A DNA stretch of 64,000 nt from Octopus sinensis (taxonomy: Eukaryota), in NCBI RefSeq assembly GCF_006345805.1, contig NC_043002.1, positions 101,990,001 through 102,054,000 of the forward strand. Reading direction: 5' to 3'. Each line of letters starts with the position of its first letter. Positions within the stretch are counted from its first letter, which is position 1. Positions 1 to 15,388 of this stretch are shown here, piece after piece. Below the pieces are notes generated by a model. It had not been told where the DNA came from. It saw only the letters and a list, made by a program, of their open reading frames with translations, and ran no database searches. Both the position numbers and the translations under genes were made by a program.

Positions 1-904
1 AGCAAAGATTGAGACAAAGTGACTTGCAATGGGAACTTAAAAAGTCCTAACAAAATTCAAGAAGGCATTTTCTGTTACACTGTTGCTCCAACCAGATTAT
101 TGGTGTTTAGGGTATCGTAAAGTAATCCATCATAGAATGATGCAAATCAACGGGATTTAAACATAGGCTGTACATAGTAAACGAAAGATGCAGGTTTCGC
201 TATTTCTCGCTAAACAACGTGAACAGATTATTTGTTTTTGTAATTAAATGATTTTGCCGTTTATTGGTTGACTCTCTCCATAAATTCGACATTTCTTGTA
301 CAGGTGCACGGCTTGCCACATGTCAACTGTCACAGAGCAAGGTAGAATGAAATATTTTGCTTCAGGACACAAAGCTGCAAGAAAGAAAATCTCAATTAGG
401 ATGTTGGATTCATCCAACATTGTAATCATTAGGCTGCATGCCTTCATAGGAACGAAATAGACACAATTAATTAGCACAAATCATTTTGTCCTTAATTAAG
501 CAACCTATTCTTAGGAAGCTAGAAAATGACGGAAGTACTTTCATTTTCCCAATTTAATGAATCTAATTAGGCTTCATTATGTCTTGATCAGATCCTGATC
601 AACAAGAAAGTAAAATTAAACGTCATTTTCAATCTTAAATGCGACGCAGAATAACTGAAAGAAAGCGTCGGTTTTCCTCTGAATTTATCTAGCAGTCAGC
701 CATCATGATTGTGCCATGTAAAATATGCAACAGGGAAATACGGAAGATATGAAAAGCATTTTTAATGTCGACGAATGTGTTTGAAGTTTTATCTTTAAAC
801 CACTACAAATGCTTTTTTTAACCCTCAAATTTTGCATTTTGTTCTGCAGCATTGTCTTAATATATCTAAATTGTTATATTTTAATTCATATCGATAATAT
901 ACCA

Positions 905-928
905 GTAGTAGTCGTAGTAGTAGTAGTA

Positions 929-994
<66 letters not shown>

Positions 995-1011
995 CAGCAG
1001 CAGCAGCAGTG

Positions 1012-1057
<46 letters not shown>

Positions 1058-1086
1058 GAGTAGTAGTAGTAGTAGGAGTAGTAGAA
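905..1086. repeat. (AGT)n / (AGC)n trinucleotide microsatellite
   Basis: Long run of gtagtagta with short agc and gga interruptions; explains the poly-Y/C/T ORF at 886-1158. Confidence 0.95.
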
Positions 1087-1499
1087 TTTACTATTTCGTC
1101 TATTTCTGGCTATGAACAAGCCACCGACAGGAACGCTGCGTCCGTCGCCATATTGCAATCCATTTAATGCCGTTTCGTATATAAGAGATTGTTTCTTAAT
1201 TGCTGCATAATTCTAATGACAGTCACTCAGGCTCATTGTTATTCAATTCTAAATGAACCATTATCTCCTACTCGATGTCATTCCCCCAACAATTTTTTTT
1301 TTCTTCTATATATTAACTAATCTGTTATTCTATTTTAGTTTGTGTAAAGCTGTTCCGATATATAATGGCGGTTTCATAAGTCGATTCATTTGTCTTCATG
1401 TTCGCATTTCAATATACAAACATATACACATGCTTGCACGAACGCTCACATATATATACAAGCATGATCTCTATTTCTCTCTGACTCTCCCTCTCTATC

Positions 1500-2415
<916 letters not shown>

Positions 2416-3309
2416 AGTCGCTACTGTTGATTTCAACATATGAATGTTTGAAGCAGAGCATCTAAATAAAGAAGAAAACAAAAAATAGAAACTTTTAAAC
2501 TAAAGGAAGCTGCATGTGTTTGCGTTGGATGGATGAATGCATTCAGAGTACAGCCATGGATTGTGTTCTGCCCATTTGAAAAGAGCAGTAAGGGTGGAGA
2601 ACGATGTGGGAGGCGAAAACGCTAAGTGTCGTTGGAACTACTCTACGTATGGACCAGTAACATCTTGAAGAGTAGTTCGGAAATGACAGGCTCTCTTGGA
2701 TTTGTTGTTAAACTTGGATATCTGGGATTCCGTGATTGATAGAAAATGGACACACTTTCCTCTTGGGGAGGGCAGTGGGACTGTTTCGTTTGTTATTTAT
2801 ATATTCTTTATACTATGTATACTGGTTTTATGATTGATTTGTCTACGAATGTTCGTCCTCATATGATCAGATATAAATCAACACGAGTTGTAACCTGTCT
2901 CTGTAATATCCTTTGCATCAAACATCGTGTTAAGTAAAAGATATCATTATTAGCAAGAACAACATCAGAATCAATCATAATAAAGAATAAAGAAAGAGAG
3001 AAGATGGATGAGACGAATGAGTAGTCGATAAAATATGTAGAATAAGTTGGAAAAAAGTTCTACAGGAGAGCATACTGAACATGAAATAACAGAAAGATCA
3101 GATATTCGTTATTTGGAATGAAGTAGAGTAAAAGAAAGTATGTATTCCATTTCATAGAAGTAAAATACTTTAGTGAAAAGGGAAGTAGATTGTTTAAGTG
3201 GGATGTGGATCCAGGATAGAACACGATTACAAACTTGGAAAGGAATCGAAAATGAAATATGAAGAAGAGCAAAACTACAGATCTTAGCGAAAATCAATGT
3301 TGACATGAC

Positions 3310-3346
<37 letters not shown>

Positions 3347-3402
3347 TGTGGGTGGTGGGTGTGTGTGTTTGTATGCTTGAATTTGCACGCGCCACAAGCA
3401 CG

Positions 3403-3484
<82 letters not shown>

Positions 3485-3612
3485 GTATATATATATATAT
3501 ATATATAATCTATATATATGTTATATATATATATCTATATACTATATATATATTATGTATATATATAATATATATATATATATATTATATATATATTATA
3601 GATATATATATG

Positions 3613-3667
<55 letters not shown>

Positions 3668-3699
3668 AAATATATCTATCAGCGCAAGATTATATCCAT

Positions 3700-4066
3700 T
3701 AACAAAGGAACCAAAAGTGAAAAAAATGTGGTCGACCTAACTGTGGTGCATGTCCCCACGCTTTGGAGGGTTCAGAGTTCCAGATTAAAGAAGGTGAAAT
3801 ATTTAAGAATAAATCAAATTTCAATTGTGCCTCGGAAAATCTACTCTATGCCATTACATGCTTGTGAAGAACCACTCTTCACAAAGAACAAATCCGCCAC
3901 CCACAATACAGACAGATACAGTTCAGTGAACACATAAAATGGTGTGCGAGGAACCTAGTTTCCTCATTTTCCCCTTCTATCAATGTTCACAGAACATCTC
4001 AATACAACAAAGGATGAATAAAAGGGCAACTTTCATCAATAAATAACTTCCACAACTCAATATGAA
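3700..4066 (+). mobile_element. Penelope-like element, decayed GIY-YIG endonuclease C-terminal fragment
   Basis: Manual translation with frameshift repair: KCGRPNCGACPHALEGSEFQIKEGEIFKNKSNFNCASENLLYAITC..QIRHPQYRQIQFSEHIKWCARN..FLIFPFYQ..NKRATFINK*LPQLN. It has the CxxxxCxxC linker, the CxSxNLLYxIxC motif and the terminal P.LN typical of PLE endonucleases; the YIG segment is deleted. Confidence 0.75.
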
Positions 4067-5535
4067 CACATTACATAAAACAGAACACTACTAACCTTTC
4101 AATTAATACGACTAACCCTCATACATCCCATACACCATATACATTACAGATCTGATCTATATCTACCCTACTTGCACCAAATCCAGATCTAGTTACCTCC
4201 TTTACACATAATCTTTTTACTCAGGGAGTAGTACGCCTGACACCGTCCAGTAATCGGTGTGCATTCAAAGCAGTGAACACTAATTTTACAAAACCCATAT
4301 GCTTTTGAATCTCTTTAACAATTCCCAATAATGACTTTTATTGCTTTTATTCTTACCTCAGTTCATCTAATTGTATATATCTTTCGTTACTTTGCATGAA
4401 AAGCCTTTACTTTTTTTGATTTCCAATGTGCATTTTCGTCTATTTTTTTCTTTTTACTATCCCCATACATTTCCACGTGTAGTTACTATTTTATTTATGT
4501 AACATATTTCTATCATATATATATATATATATATACACCCGGCCTTCCACAAGAAATAAAGGACGTAGGTGGTAATTAATTGGTTAAATTTGCATCAAAA
4601 TTTGCTTATTATTTCTAATAGATATACTCGCATTTTTTGTTTCATTCTTAAAATGTAATTTCGGATTGAACAACCCGCTGAAAACGATCACCATGTCACT
4701 CCTGCTGTGACAATCCAATCAGAATATCTGAGAAATCTATATAGCATACATTAAGTTGATACACACACACACACGTGTGTGTATGTGCAATGTAAAGGCA
4801 TTTAAAAGCTGTATGTCTTCCGTTTAGAATATGTATGTAGTAAGTGTATTGCGGTATTGTGCTGAGGTGTGTAGAATTTCGCTCACAGTCTGATGTCACT
4901 GTTGATGACACAGCAGTGGATGTGAAAATATATATAATGTTGGTTCGTTTCCTATGAAAAAGGAGATGAGATGGAAGAGGAGCGAATGCATATGATGAGG
5001 ATAATGATGATGATGATGATTATGATTATGAATTACGACGAATGTGATGGTCACAATAATATCATGAATATGTTGGTGGTGGTGGTGGCGTTAATTTTGG
5101 CCACAGTTTCGAGAGTGTTGTAGGCAATGACGCTGCAGTAAGAGAGAATAAGAATATCTGAACATATTTTTAGAACTTGAGAAAACGACAATTATAACGG
5201 CACTGCAACAACTACAGTAAAATCAACAATGACAAGAAAAATAAGAACACACACACAAAAAAAAAAAAAATTATCAGTTTTAAGAATGAGACTCAAAAGA
5301 GAAAAAAAAAATATTCTCTAAACTAGCAAAATTCCTAATGCTGTAAGAGTGGACAGAATGCATATGAGTTTTAATTTGACTTCAAAATTTTCAAGAAAGA
5401 CACCACTTAAATAATAGATTAGAAAAAAATGAGAACAAATCAAACCTCGAAAATATAGTTTTTCCTGCATTTAAATTTATAACATACATGCATATATATA
5501 TATATATGAACATATACATAAAAACATATATATAT

Positions 5536-5568
<33 letters not shown>

Positions 5569-5664
5569 GAACATAATATAAAAAAACGTATATATATAAT
5601 ATATATATGAACATATATATGAAACATGTATTATATATATATATTATGAACATATATATAAAAC

Positions 5665-5702
<38 letters not shown>

Positions 5703-6136
5703 ATGTATATATATATATATGATCATATATATAAAAACATAGTTATATATATATATATGTGGGTGTGTATGTATGTATATGTACATTTATTCATTCTATA
5801 AAGCTATGCGTAATATATTCTCGCATTTTTTTTTCTCCTTGAAATATCAAAATTTAAGGCTATTTTCGTTACTTTCATTCTCATCAAATCTCTCACTATT
5901 TCTTTCTTTTCTCCCAATCATTCTCTTTTCTAATTTTTTTCTCCTCTATTTCAAGTTTTCATTCTTTCACAGGAATGTGCAAATCTTGTTCAATAAATTA
6001 AGTTATGAATTTCCGTTTTCGAAATAAGTGATCATCCGCAGATATTTCTGAAAATTTATTGTGAAATCTGAAGCTATGAAACTCTTCTTTAGTTCCATTC
6101 GTATTTCTATGTAATCTCCGTTACGTATGTTCGATT

Positions 6137-6327
6137 TGACTTGTTTCGGTCATTAGACTGCGGTTCTGCTGGGCCACAACCTTGAAGAAATTTAAGAGAC
6201 TGAATCGAGCTCGCTCTTATTTTCTTAAAGCCTGGTCCTTATTCTATCGGTCTCTTTTGGCAAACAACTAAGTTATGTGGATGTAAACACACCTACACCT
6301 GTTGTCAAGTGCTGGTGGGGGATAAAG

Positions 6328-6358
<31 letters not shown>

Positions 6359-6520
6359 TACGACAGGCTTCTTCCAGTTTCTATGTACGAGATTTATTCA
6401 CAAGGTTTTGGTTTTGGTCTGCCCGAAAACACTTGTCGAAAGCGTGGTGTAGTGGGACTGAATCCGGAATCTTATGGTAGGGAAGCAAAAAGCAATCTTC
6501 TTATCATACAGCCTCACTTG
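6137..6520 (-). mobile_element. SINE family B (tRNA head + CORE-like segment + internal microsatellite + tail), diverged copy
   Basis: Co-linear similarity to the better copies at 7941-8330 and 11130-11601 (gacttgtttcggtcattagactgcgg ... gatgtaaacacacc ... cgacaggcttcttccagtttc ... gtgggactgaatccggaatc). Confidence 0.8.
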
Positions 6521-6529
6521 CAGTATATA

Positions 6530-6567
<38 letters not shown>

Positions 6568-6627
6568 GTGGTGTGTGTGTGTGTGTTCGCCATGATAGAT
6601 CGCTAGTCACTACACATTCTTTATTTT

Positions 6628-6712
6628 CTGTGGAAGAGCGTAGGCTCGACTTTTTCATTTTATTAAACTGATACATCTGTTTGTTGACTACACCACCTGT
6701 GTTCGTCTTTTT
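6628..6712 (+). repeat. Short dispersed repeat with a decayed hammerhead-like core; second copy at 57059-57180
   Basis: ctgtggaagagcgtaggctcgac...atacatctgtttgttgactacaccacctgtgttcgtcttt matches ctgtcgaagagcgtaggctcgaaacgta...aacatctgtttgttgtttacacacctgtcttcgtcttt. Confidence 0.65.
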
Positions 6713-6859
6713 TGGGGGGAATTCTATCCCTTTATATACACACACACACATATATAATATATATATATGCACACACACACACACACATAAATATATATAA
6801 TATACTGGGATCTCGTATTTGTTGTCGGTGAATAATCTGTCTATTTCTTAGAGTAAGCT

Positions 6860-7180
6860 TTAATCAACTTATTCTTCATTACATCCTCGACATTTGATAG
6901 CGTATACTAAATTCTTTGAAGAACTCGACAGTAATAGATTGAATTCAATGGACACAAGCCTATGTGCATAAAATATGTTCCTCAAATTTCAGGTCTTCCC
7001 ACACCACCTATGTTCAGTGAATGCCTCAGACGAAGCAAGGATAATAAAAGACAATACTTTCATATAAAAGTACAAACCAATACTTAACAAACTTTAACGG
7101 TGTGCATACACAAACAACTATTCACACATAAAACTGATTCTGCCACTTGAGGATGCTAGACAGCTAGCAAACTAAACGTT
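6860..7180 (+). mobile_element. Penelope-like element 3' remnant (endonuclease tail plus decayed hammerhead)
   Basis: Translation ..SLCA*NMFLKFQVFPHHL..EARIIKDNTSYKSTNQYL resembles the PLE endonuclease C-terminus seen at 3700-4066. It is followed by cttgagga-t-gctag-acag-ctagc-aaac at 7146-7172. Confidence 0.55.
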
Positions 7181-7940
7181 AGCCACTGGTCTACATACAA
7201 ATGACTCCTGTCAACACCCCCACCAGCCAGATTAAATATGGAGAGCCTTGACTGTAACTAAACATATTTACTCAACCGTGTCGGCCTTTATTTTAGGCGC
7301 CAAATATATTGTCACGTGACACTGACGCATGGACGTAGCGGAAAACGTGCAACAGGTTCTACACTCAATCACATATTTATTCTCTACAAATACTTGACAG
7401 AGAACATTCAGTGCATTGATTGTTGGGTACTGCTCCTGGACCTGTCCAGTCAAACGAGTTAGCCTTATCTTACGACGACAAACATTGTTACTTTGTACTA
7501 GCACACAGATGTAGCGGGGAACCTACAAAAATATCTAAGACCAGTCATGTGGCTATCCTCTACCAATCAAATCCTTTTCAGAACAAATAGTAATTTGAGC
7601 CATGAACTTCCTATACAAATAGGGCAAGCTTCAAACACAAGTCAAAAGCAGGACAACTGCGACATAAGCATCGTCTTTCTATTTCATCTTTTCGAAAATC
7701 AGTGTAAACTGTGAAATTACTTACATCTTTAAATATAATAATAAAAACATATATTTTAACTATTCAAATTACATTTTCCCCGTATTACTACCCGTAAAGA
7801 AGAAAATAACTTTGTTTGATATATATATATATGTGTGTGTATATATATGGCCACAGCTCATGAGCTGAAACTAAAATCAATCATCATATATATATATATT
7901 ATATATATATATATATATATGTACACTCTCTCTCTTTCCT

Positions 7941-8330
7941 CTTTTACTTGTTTCAGTCATATGACTGCGGCTATGCGGGAGCACCGCCTTTAGTCGAGCA
8001 AATCGACCCCAGGACTTATTCTTTGTAAGCCTAGTACTTATTATATCGGTCTCTTTTGCCGAACCGCTAAGTGACGGGGACATGAACACACCAGCATCGG
8101 TTGTCAAGCAATGTTGGGAGGACAAACACAGACACACAGACACACAAACACACACATATATATATACACATATACAAGACAGGCTTCTTTCAGTTCCCGT
8201 CTAACAAATCCACTCACAAGGCATTGGTCGGCCCGAGGCTATAGTAGAAGACACTTGCCCAAGGTGCCACACAGTGGGACTGAACCCGAACCATGTGGTT
8301 GGTATGCAACCTACTTACCATACAGCCACT
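7941..8330 (-). mobile_element. SINE family B
   Basis: Minus strand begins gtggctgtatggtaagtaggttgcataccaaccacatggttcgggttcagtcccactgtgtggcaccttgggcaagtgtc (Pol III A/B-box-like head plus CORE-like accttgggcaagt). It has an internal (CA/TA) tract and the tail ...actgaaacaagtaaaag. Confidence 0.9.
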
Positions 8331-8689
8331 AGTTGTATTTAGGGATGGTCATGTTGTCAGTATAGCCAATAAAACAGACAAAGCACTATATATTTGATGT
8401 TAATTTGCTTCAGCTTTATTTTATTTTTTTACATTAATCGTATTGCGGCCACAGTTCTTTCGTCACATTTCTGTGACCCCATCTGTTTCAACACATGATT
8501 TCACTTCAAGTCTCTTGCAAAATGAATGTATAGACGTGTATATATATATATATATATATATACGCACACACATACACACACACACACATACATATATAAA
8601 GAAAAAGATGGCAGTTAGAATTTGGGATAATTGCTTATTAATGTTTTCATCCGTTCATGGGGACAGTTAAGAAAGTTTTACATGAAATT

Positions 8690-9420
8690 TCTTTACCTGT
8701 TATAGATATCGAAAAGCGGATGCCGTTTTGCTTTGTTTAGAAAAGACGCTTCAAAACATCTGCAATTTTTTATCACAAGATTTGGCGTTCACAGCATGAT
8801 CATCTGGGACAAGTTCAAAGTGCAACATCCGCACGAAATTCCATAAATCACACAACACGACCTTCTGTTTAAGCTGCCCTTCACAACAATTCCTGAAGCC
8901 ATGCCAGAACGAGCTACTGATTTATCTCACTAAAATTACGAAACTAGATCCATTTATCATCCGCAATTACATTTCAACTCCAAAACAGATCTCGAGGATC
9001 TGCCGCTAATTGTTTGCAAAAGTTCACATTTCGTTCAGCCAGTCATACATCAGTTCGAGAAACTTCCCGGCAGCGTCGGGGCTTTGTAAAGGAGAATGTT
9101 CTGCCAATAATATACAAATTCTTGTGCTTGGCTGTTGTTTAAACATCTGAAGCTAGGCCCCATCTTTCACACCAGAAAGTCTCCCTAATCTTGGTTTGCA
9201 TTCGAGGCTAGTGTCACAATCCTTAAAAAATCTAAACCAGTTTTGTGCCACATGTTCGCTGACTTTTCCGGGGCCTTCTACATCATTAATTTCTTTTACC
9301 GCTGCATTTGCACTCAATAATGTTTTCTAAAGGTAGCAGCATGCAATGGTTCCAATTTCAATTCCACCGCTCTTATTACTCAAGCTGTAAAATAAAGAAT
9401 AAGCAATTTAGCGACAATTA
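8690..9420 (-). pseudogene. Decayed mariner transposase (N-terminal HTH to first catalytic Asp region)
   Basis: Minus-strand translation with stops and frameshifts: ..LSANAAVKEINDVEG..VSEHVAQNWFRFFKDCDTSLECKPRLGR..FCKQLAADPRDLFWS*NVIADDKWI*FRN..KVVLCDLWNFVRMLHFELVPDDHAVNA. Matches the mariner WF.RF, GRP, T.DEKWI and K.ML..WW motifs. Confidence 0.8.
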
Positions 9421-9509
9421 GTTACGTTGTATGAAATGAATATAACATGGAGGAACAAGTTGGAAATACTCACCATGAAACTTACGCAAAATCTTTTGAC
9501 TCAATTTGG

Positions 9510-10700
9510 TCTACATACACACACACACACACATACACACACACACACATTCTGGCATAACCATATGTGCATTTATAAACTTTATTCTCGAAGAATATAC
9601 ATTTAGCACATCAATATACACATATGTACAGCCATACCTACACATATACCTACATACATGCATGCATCCATATATATACATAATATATACATACATATAT
9701 ATGTCTATATACATACATACTCACTCATAAATTCATATAGACAGAGACACATGAAATGCAGGCACGTACAAACATGCTTACGATGTGCACATATAATTAT
9801 AAATATGGTGGAATATGTGTGGGCGTTATTATAATTTACGTGTTTCATGTAAAACTATGAGAATATAAATGACGTTAATATACCCGTTATGAAATTATTT
9901 TTATAATGAAAATGCCTCAACAGAAAATATAATAAACGGAAATTCATTAAAACTTGAAATGATATGAAAGGAATGACAATTAGAAACTAAATGGGAATTG
10001 AATGATATTATCATGTGTATTATGGGGATATGCACTGTTATGTAGATACAATATTACATACTTACATATATATATATATATATACATCTTTTATATAAAT
10101 ACATATACATATAGATATATATATGGGTGAGCAGACGTATGCAAATATACATATATTAATACGCATGAATATTTCAGTGTAATATGTATATATGTATGTC
10201 GCTATATATACATACATACATATATATGTGTGTGTGTATGTGTGTCTGTGAGTGTGTGTGTTTGTGCGCATATACATATAGCTGTCTATGCATATATCCA
10301 TTTTTTAAATATATGCATTCATGCGTGTATAAAAATTGATATGTAAACATACATATGTATATACATATACATGTATGATATATATATATATATGTAAACA
10401 TACATATGTATATACATATACATGTATGATATATATATATATATATATATATATGCGTATATATATATGCATATATATATATATGCATATGTACATATAT
10501 ATAATATGCATATATATATATGCATATATATATATATGCATATGTACATATATATATTTATACACATATATATATACGTATATATATATATATATATATA
10601 TATATAAGCGCATATATATTTATGGACGTATATATGTATGTATTCGTGTATGTATTTATTTATTTATGTATGTGTGTATATCTATGTATGTGTATAAGCT
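9510..10700. repeat. Compound dinucleotide microsatellite region
   Basis: (CA)n/(TA)n/(TATG)n runs with local 50-bp duplications (10341-10450). Confidence 0.9.
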
Positions 10701-11071
10701 CTAATTTTGAGGCCAATGCTTTCATTATCCGTACACTTGATACTTTCCAGTACCCATGACTGCTGTGTGACCTTTGTTAGTGTTAAGGTCAAAACATTTT
10801 TTCGCTTGCACTTGTTGACGTTTGAACAATGCTACACACCATAGGCAATATGTTTTAACCGTAACCATTATTTCCTTACGTTCAAGAATGACACGGTGAA
10901 CAATGCGTGATAGGTATACGTATATATCAGTTTTCTAGTGCGTGATAAGGAGGAAATTTAGTAGATATCACGACTATTTACTGCTCCCTTTCCTGGCTCA
11001 TTATGTTGGCTGTTGTTAATGATTCTGTTTAGTGCCACTAACTACATTAATAAACATTGCAATTATTCTTG

Positions 11072-11107
<36 letters not shown>

Positions 11108-11129
11108 ACATACACACACATATATATAT

Positions 11130-11380
11130 CTTTTACTCTTTTACTTGCTTCAGTCATTTGACTGCGGCCATGCTGGAGCACCGCCTTTAGTCGAGCAAAT
11201 CGACACTAGGACTTATTCTTTGTAAGCCCAGTACTTATTCTATTCATCTCTTTTGCCGAACCGCTAAGTGACGGGGACGTAAACACACCAGCATCGGTTG
11301 TCAGCAATGTTGGGGGACAAACCCAGACACACAAACACATACACACACACACATGACTATAATATATTATATATATATTA

Positions 11381-11417
<37 letters not shown>

Positions 11418-11601
11418 ATATATATGTATACATATATACGACAGGCTTCTTTCAGTTTCCGTCTACCAAATCCACTCACAAGGCATTGGTCGGCCGGGGC
11501 TATAGCAGAAGATACTTGCCCAAGATGACACGGAGTGGGACTGAACCCGGAACCATGTGGTTGGTTAGCAAGCCACTTACCACACAGCCACTCCTGCGCC
11601 T
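11130..11601 (-). mobile_element. SINE family B, full length
   Basis: Head aggcgcaggagtggctgtgtggtaagtggcttgctaaccaaccacatggttccgggttcagtcccactc, internal ~110-bp (TA/CA) tract, tail caagtaaaagagtaaaag. Confidence 0.9.
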
Positions 11602-11681
11602 ATATATTTATACACATATACATATACATATATATTAATACTGATATATATATATATTTATACAGACATATACATATAAAT

Positions 11682-11715
<34 letters not shown>

Positions 11716-11921
11716 ATATATATATATTAGAAATATTAAAATTACTAAGTCTCTCTAAAAGAGAACAACGGCAGCGTTCCCGGAAAATATTAGTTATCGC
11801 CATACTATATGGCATTCTTATAAAAAATAAGAATAAAGCTGACCGCTTATTAGCTCCATGAGGCATCGCCTTAAGTTAGCTATTTGATACACAAACTGTA
11901 TCCATATATATATATTAATAT

Positions 11922-11971
<50 letters not shown>

Positions 11972-12152
11972 CATATATATAATATATAAATATAATATTA
12001 TATATATATATATATATATAATATACAATATATATTATATTTGATATATATATAATATACATAAAATATATAAATAAATAAACATAATATATATATATAT
12101 ATATATATTAACATTGATATCTATATAATACATATACATAACTATATAAATA

Positions 12153-12191
<39 letters not shown>

Positions 12192-14289
12192 ATATTATAA
12201 CATATACATAACTATTAACATAAAACAAATATATATTTAAATATTTTAAAAAATATATGATATATATATCTATATCTATATATATATTATACCACGCATA
12301 CACACATATATATATATATATATCGCAACTCTCTCAAGTATTGGCAATCACAACGATCCTGTCAATTCCTTGAGTCGCATCCAACATGGTTTTGGCCAAG
12401 AACCTTCTCTGGATGTATACCAATGATATTATCGATCTGCCATCCACCAGTCAATAAAACAAACAACGCACTATTAACGAATTCAATGATATTAAATACG
12501 CCATACATTAAAAACGTTTTACAGGTTTTATTGGAATGTATCATACCAACCAGTGTAAACTGAACGAAACTTGATTTTTCGAAATAATCCTGCCTGCTTT
12601 TGTTTAAAATTTGTGAACAATTGGCATTAATTTTACTTTTTCTTTGTGAAACGTAATTTAAATTTAATCAATTAAATATTCACTAAGTACACCATTCATT
12701 TCATCGCCCTTTTATCTTAAATATTCTAGTTAATTTTTACAATTCTTTGAGTTATTTCCCTCAGATGCTTTTATCTTTAAAGTTTCAAATTATTCCCGGC
12801 TCAATATGTACATAACTGTTTTTCTACACTTATAATCTTATTTGCGTATCTTCAGGTTTGAATAAAATGTCACGTATTAAACAGGAAAGCAGAGTGAATC
12901 ATGTTGATGATTGGCTGTTACCTTCAACAAAAAACAAAAAACTAGGTATTCCCTAAACATGCAAATAGATTCGAGCAATACATTCGTGATTTCCTAAAAC
13001 GATTCTCACTTTTATTATTCATGCGAATGCATGCGAAATAGTGAGAGCCAAAACAATAACGTATCTATTCATTATTAATACGTTTCGGCAGATTTTCGTT
13101 TGAATCTGGCAGAAAGTATTAAAAATGGATAGATACGTTTTAATCTCCTTTTTCTTCGACATTTGCTTCCTTCTCCACAAGGATTTGATTTCCTTTATTA
13201 AACTTAAACAGATATTTCCAAAAGAGAATAGTTCATGTCGTTCAGTACTTTATTTCAAAGTTAATAGTACACTGTTATCATTATTATAAAAGCTTCAAAG
13301 TGGGCGCGCTTGCAGAAATATTAGTGCGTCGGACAAAATGCTTTCGCTTCTTTCTCTTCTTAGTGTCAACTGCACTAGTTTAAACTGCCTTTTATCCTTC
13401 CGTAATTGATCAAATATTCTAGAAGTTCAATACTGAGCTTGGTGAAATCGACCAATAACTAAACTCTGTGGACTTGTATAAAAGTTTTAAACCATCTTTA
13501 GTATAATATCTATATGCATACACCTATGTGTATGTATGCATGCAGATATACATGTGCAGGTCTGAAGGCACACACACATGCATATATATGTGTGTATATA
13601 AGTGTGAGTTTGTGTGTTTGTGCGTGTGTGTGAATCTCTGTTGATTCACCAATAGTCATAAATTACGGCGGTCAATAAAAATGTGGAGTATTCCTTAATA
13701 CATTTCACCCGAAAGGCTCTGATTTCCACCACTCAGAGATGCTCGTTTCGGATCGTCACCTGTAAACCGAGATTGGTTTTCTTTTAAAATATCCACTGTC
13801 TGAATAGTTTTTGAAATATGGAATGGATGTTAGAAGACACCGCTTTTCCTTATGTTCTTTTGTTCAAAAACCCTTTTGAATGTCACGTGCGAAACCACTG
13901 CTGGAATCGAACGCTTTTCATTTCATTTCTGATTCTCGTCTTAATATTCTTATAAAACATCAAAAACTCCATACAATCGGAGTCATGAAATGGTGTTACT
14001 TTTTAAGAAATGTTCCAAAATAATTATTTTGCGAAGTAATTTTAATTTGTGTTTTTAAAACAATGAATGTGTATGCGTGTGTTAATTTCGCATGTGTCTG
14101 TGCAGATACTTACATAGGGACATGTGTATACTCATAGATACACATAACATATATTTATGTATATGTTTACACGTGCATGTATAATCATAAACTTAGGCAT
14201 AAAGAATATATCGCATGCAAAAGTGAAGGTATTTGAAAAAAAAAATCAAAAAGTAACAAATAGACTATAGCTAAGAGATAACAGTTTAC

Positions 14290-14760
14290 TCATAGTAGCC
14301 ACTTTCAGTTTCCACTATGGCCTCAAGACGGCCTCAGAACCTGGCGCATATGTCCCTCGGGGCGTCCTTGAGAAAATCTTCGAATACCTACTTGGCCTAG
14401 GCCACCAACTCAGCTTTGGTGTCCTTCCCATTCGCGTCCCACTCAGAATATGCCATGGGGTTACAATAGGAGTGATTAGAAGGTTAGAAATTGAGTCTTT
14501 TGAAGCTGTAGAAAATTTCCAGCAACAACACTTGACGCTTTTTAGAGGTATGGCAAGGTACTGAATCATGCTGACACACATATACGCTCCTAGCAGCAAC
14601 CGTCTCCAAACAAGGACTCAGCAGAATTAAACCTAAGGCCATGTTCAATAATATGGGGATGGATACCATCATGAGGACGCATCAGAACGCCTCCTCTGTC
14701 CATTTCTTGTTAGCCACGTCTTAGGAATCTCTGTTGTATATGTTTATGACATATCTTACA
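14290..14760 (-). pseudogene. Decayed Tc1/mariner-superfamily transposase C-terminus
   Basis: YVCQHDSVPCHTSKKRQ..FKRLNF*PSNHSYCNPMAYSEW..TKAELVA*AK*VF..ICARF*GRLEAIVETE corresponds to the QQDxAPxH, WPxxSPDxNPxDY and RFRxRLEAVxxxxG motifs. Confidence 0.8.
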
Positions 14761-15357
14761 GCCTTGGGCAAATTATAAAATTAGGATGTTGATGCTAGTT
14801 GCGAATCATCAAGGGGAAGGCAACTCCTTTCCGATTCCAGTTTTCCATATCAGTTAACATTTATTTTGACGTTTCCCGCCACCGTGGACAATATGACACA
14901 AATACATCAAGCGGTTCCGAAGAAAATAGATGTATAAAATTCTCAAATTTACCTCCAGGAACTTGCACACACACACACACAGACGACAGGAATCTTTAAG
15001 TCTTCTTCGACTCCTCACAAGTCTTTGCTCCGACCCCTCACGACTTTATTAGAAGACACGTGGTCATGTTGCACACAGTAAGATAGAAAGCATGTTGTTG
15101 GGTCGCAAAGTTCTAATCCACGCAGCCGTTCCTGTAGTATCGAAGATACACAACATGACAACATACCTTTGATGCGAGTTTCATGAAGTGACTCTCCAAT
15201 GTCTAAAACCCCCGAACATTACGTAAGTTTGCATTTCGAAATTTTGCGTAAACTGATGTTGTAAGTACAACAACTAGACAAGCAATTGTAACGAATCATT
15301 AAAGATTTGTTAAAGAATCTGCTTTGTCTTCTTATCATTTGGATATATATGTATCAT

Positions 15358-15388
<31 letters not shown>

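Noticed and set aside
1100-1165. Minus-strand aatatggcgacggacgcagcg resembling a start codon or YY1-type promoter motif
   Set aside because: The frame closes after 13 codons, no usable donor site precedes the stop, and a single short motif cannot support a promoter call.
12362-12544. 60-aa ORF of ordinary composition as a possible host exon
   Set aside because: No recognisable domain or convincing splice pair in any frame.
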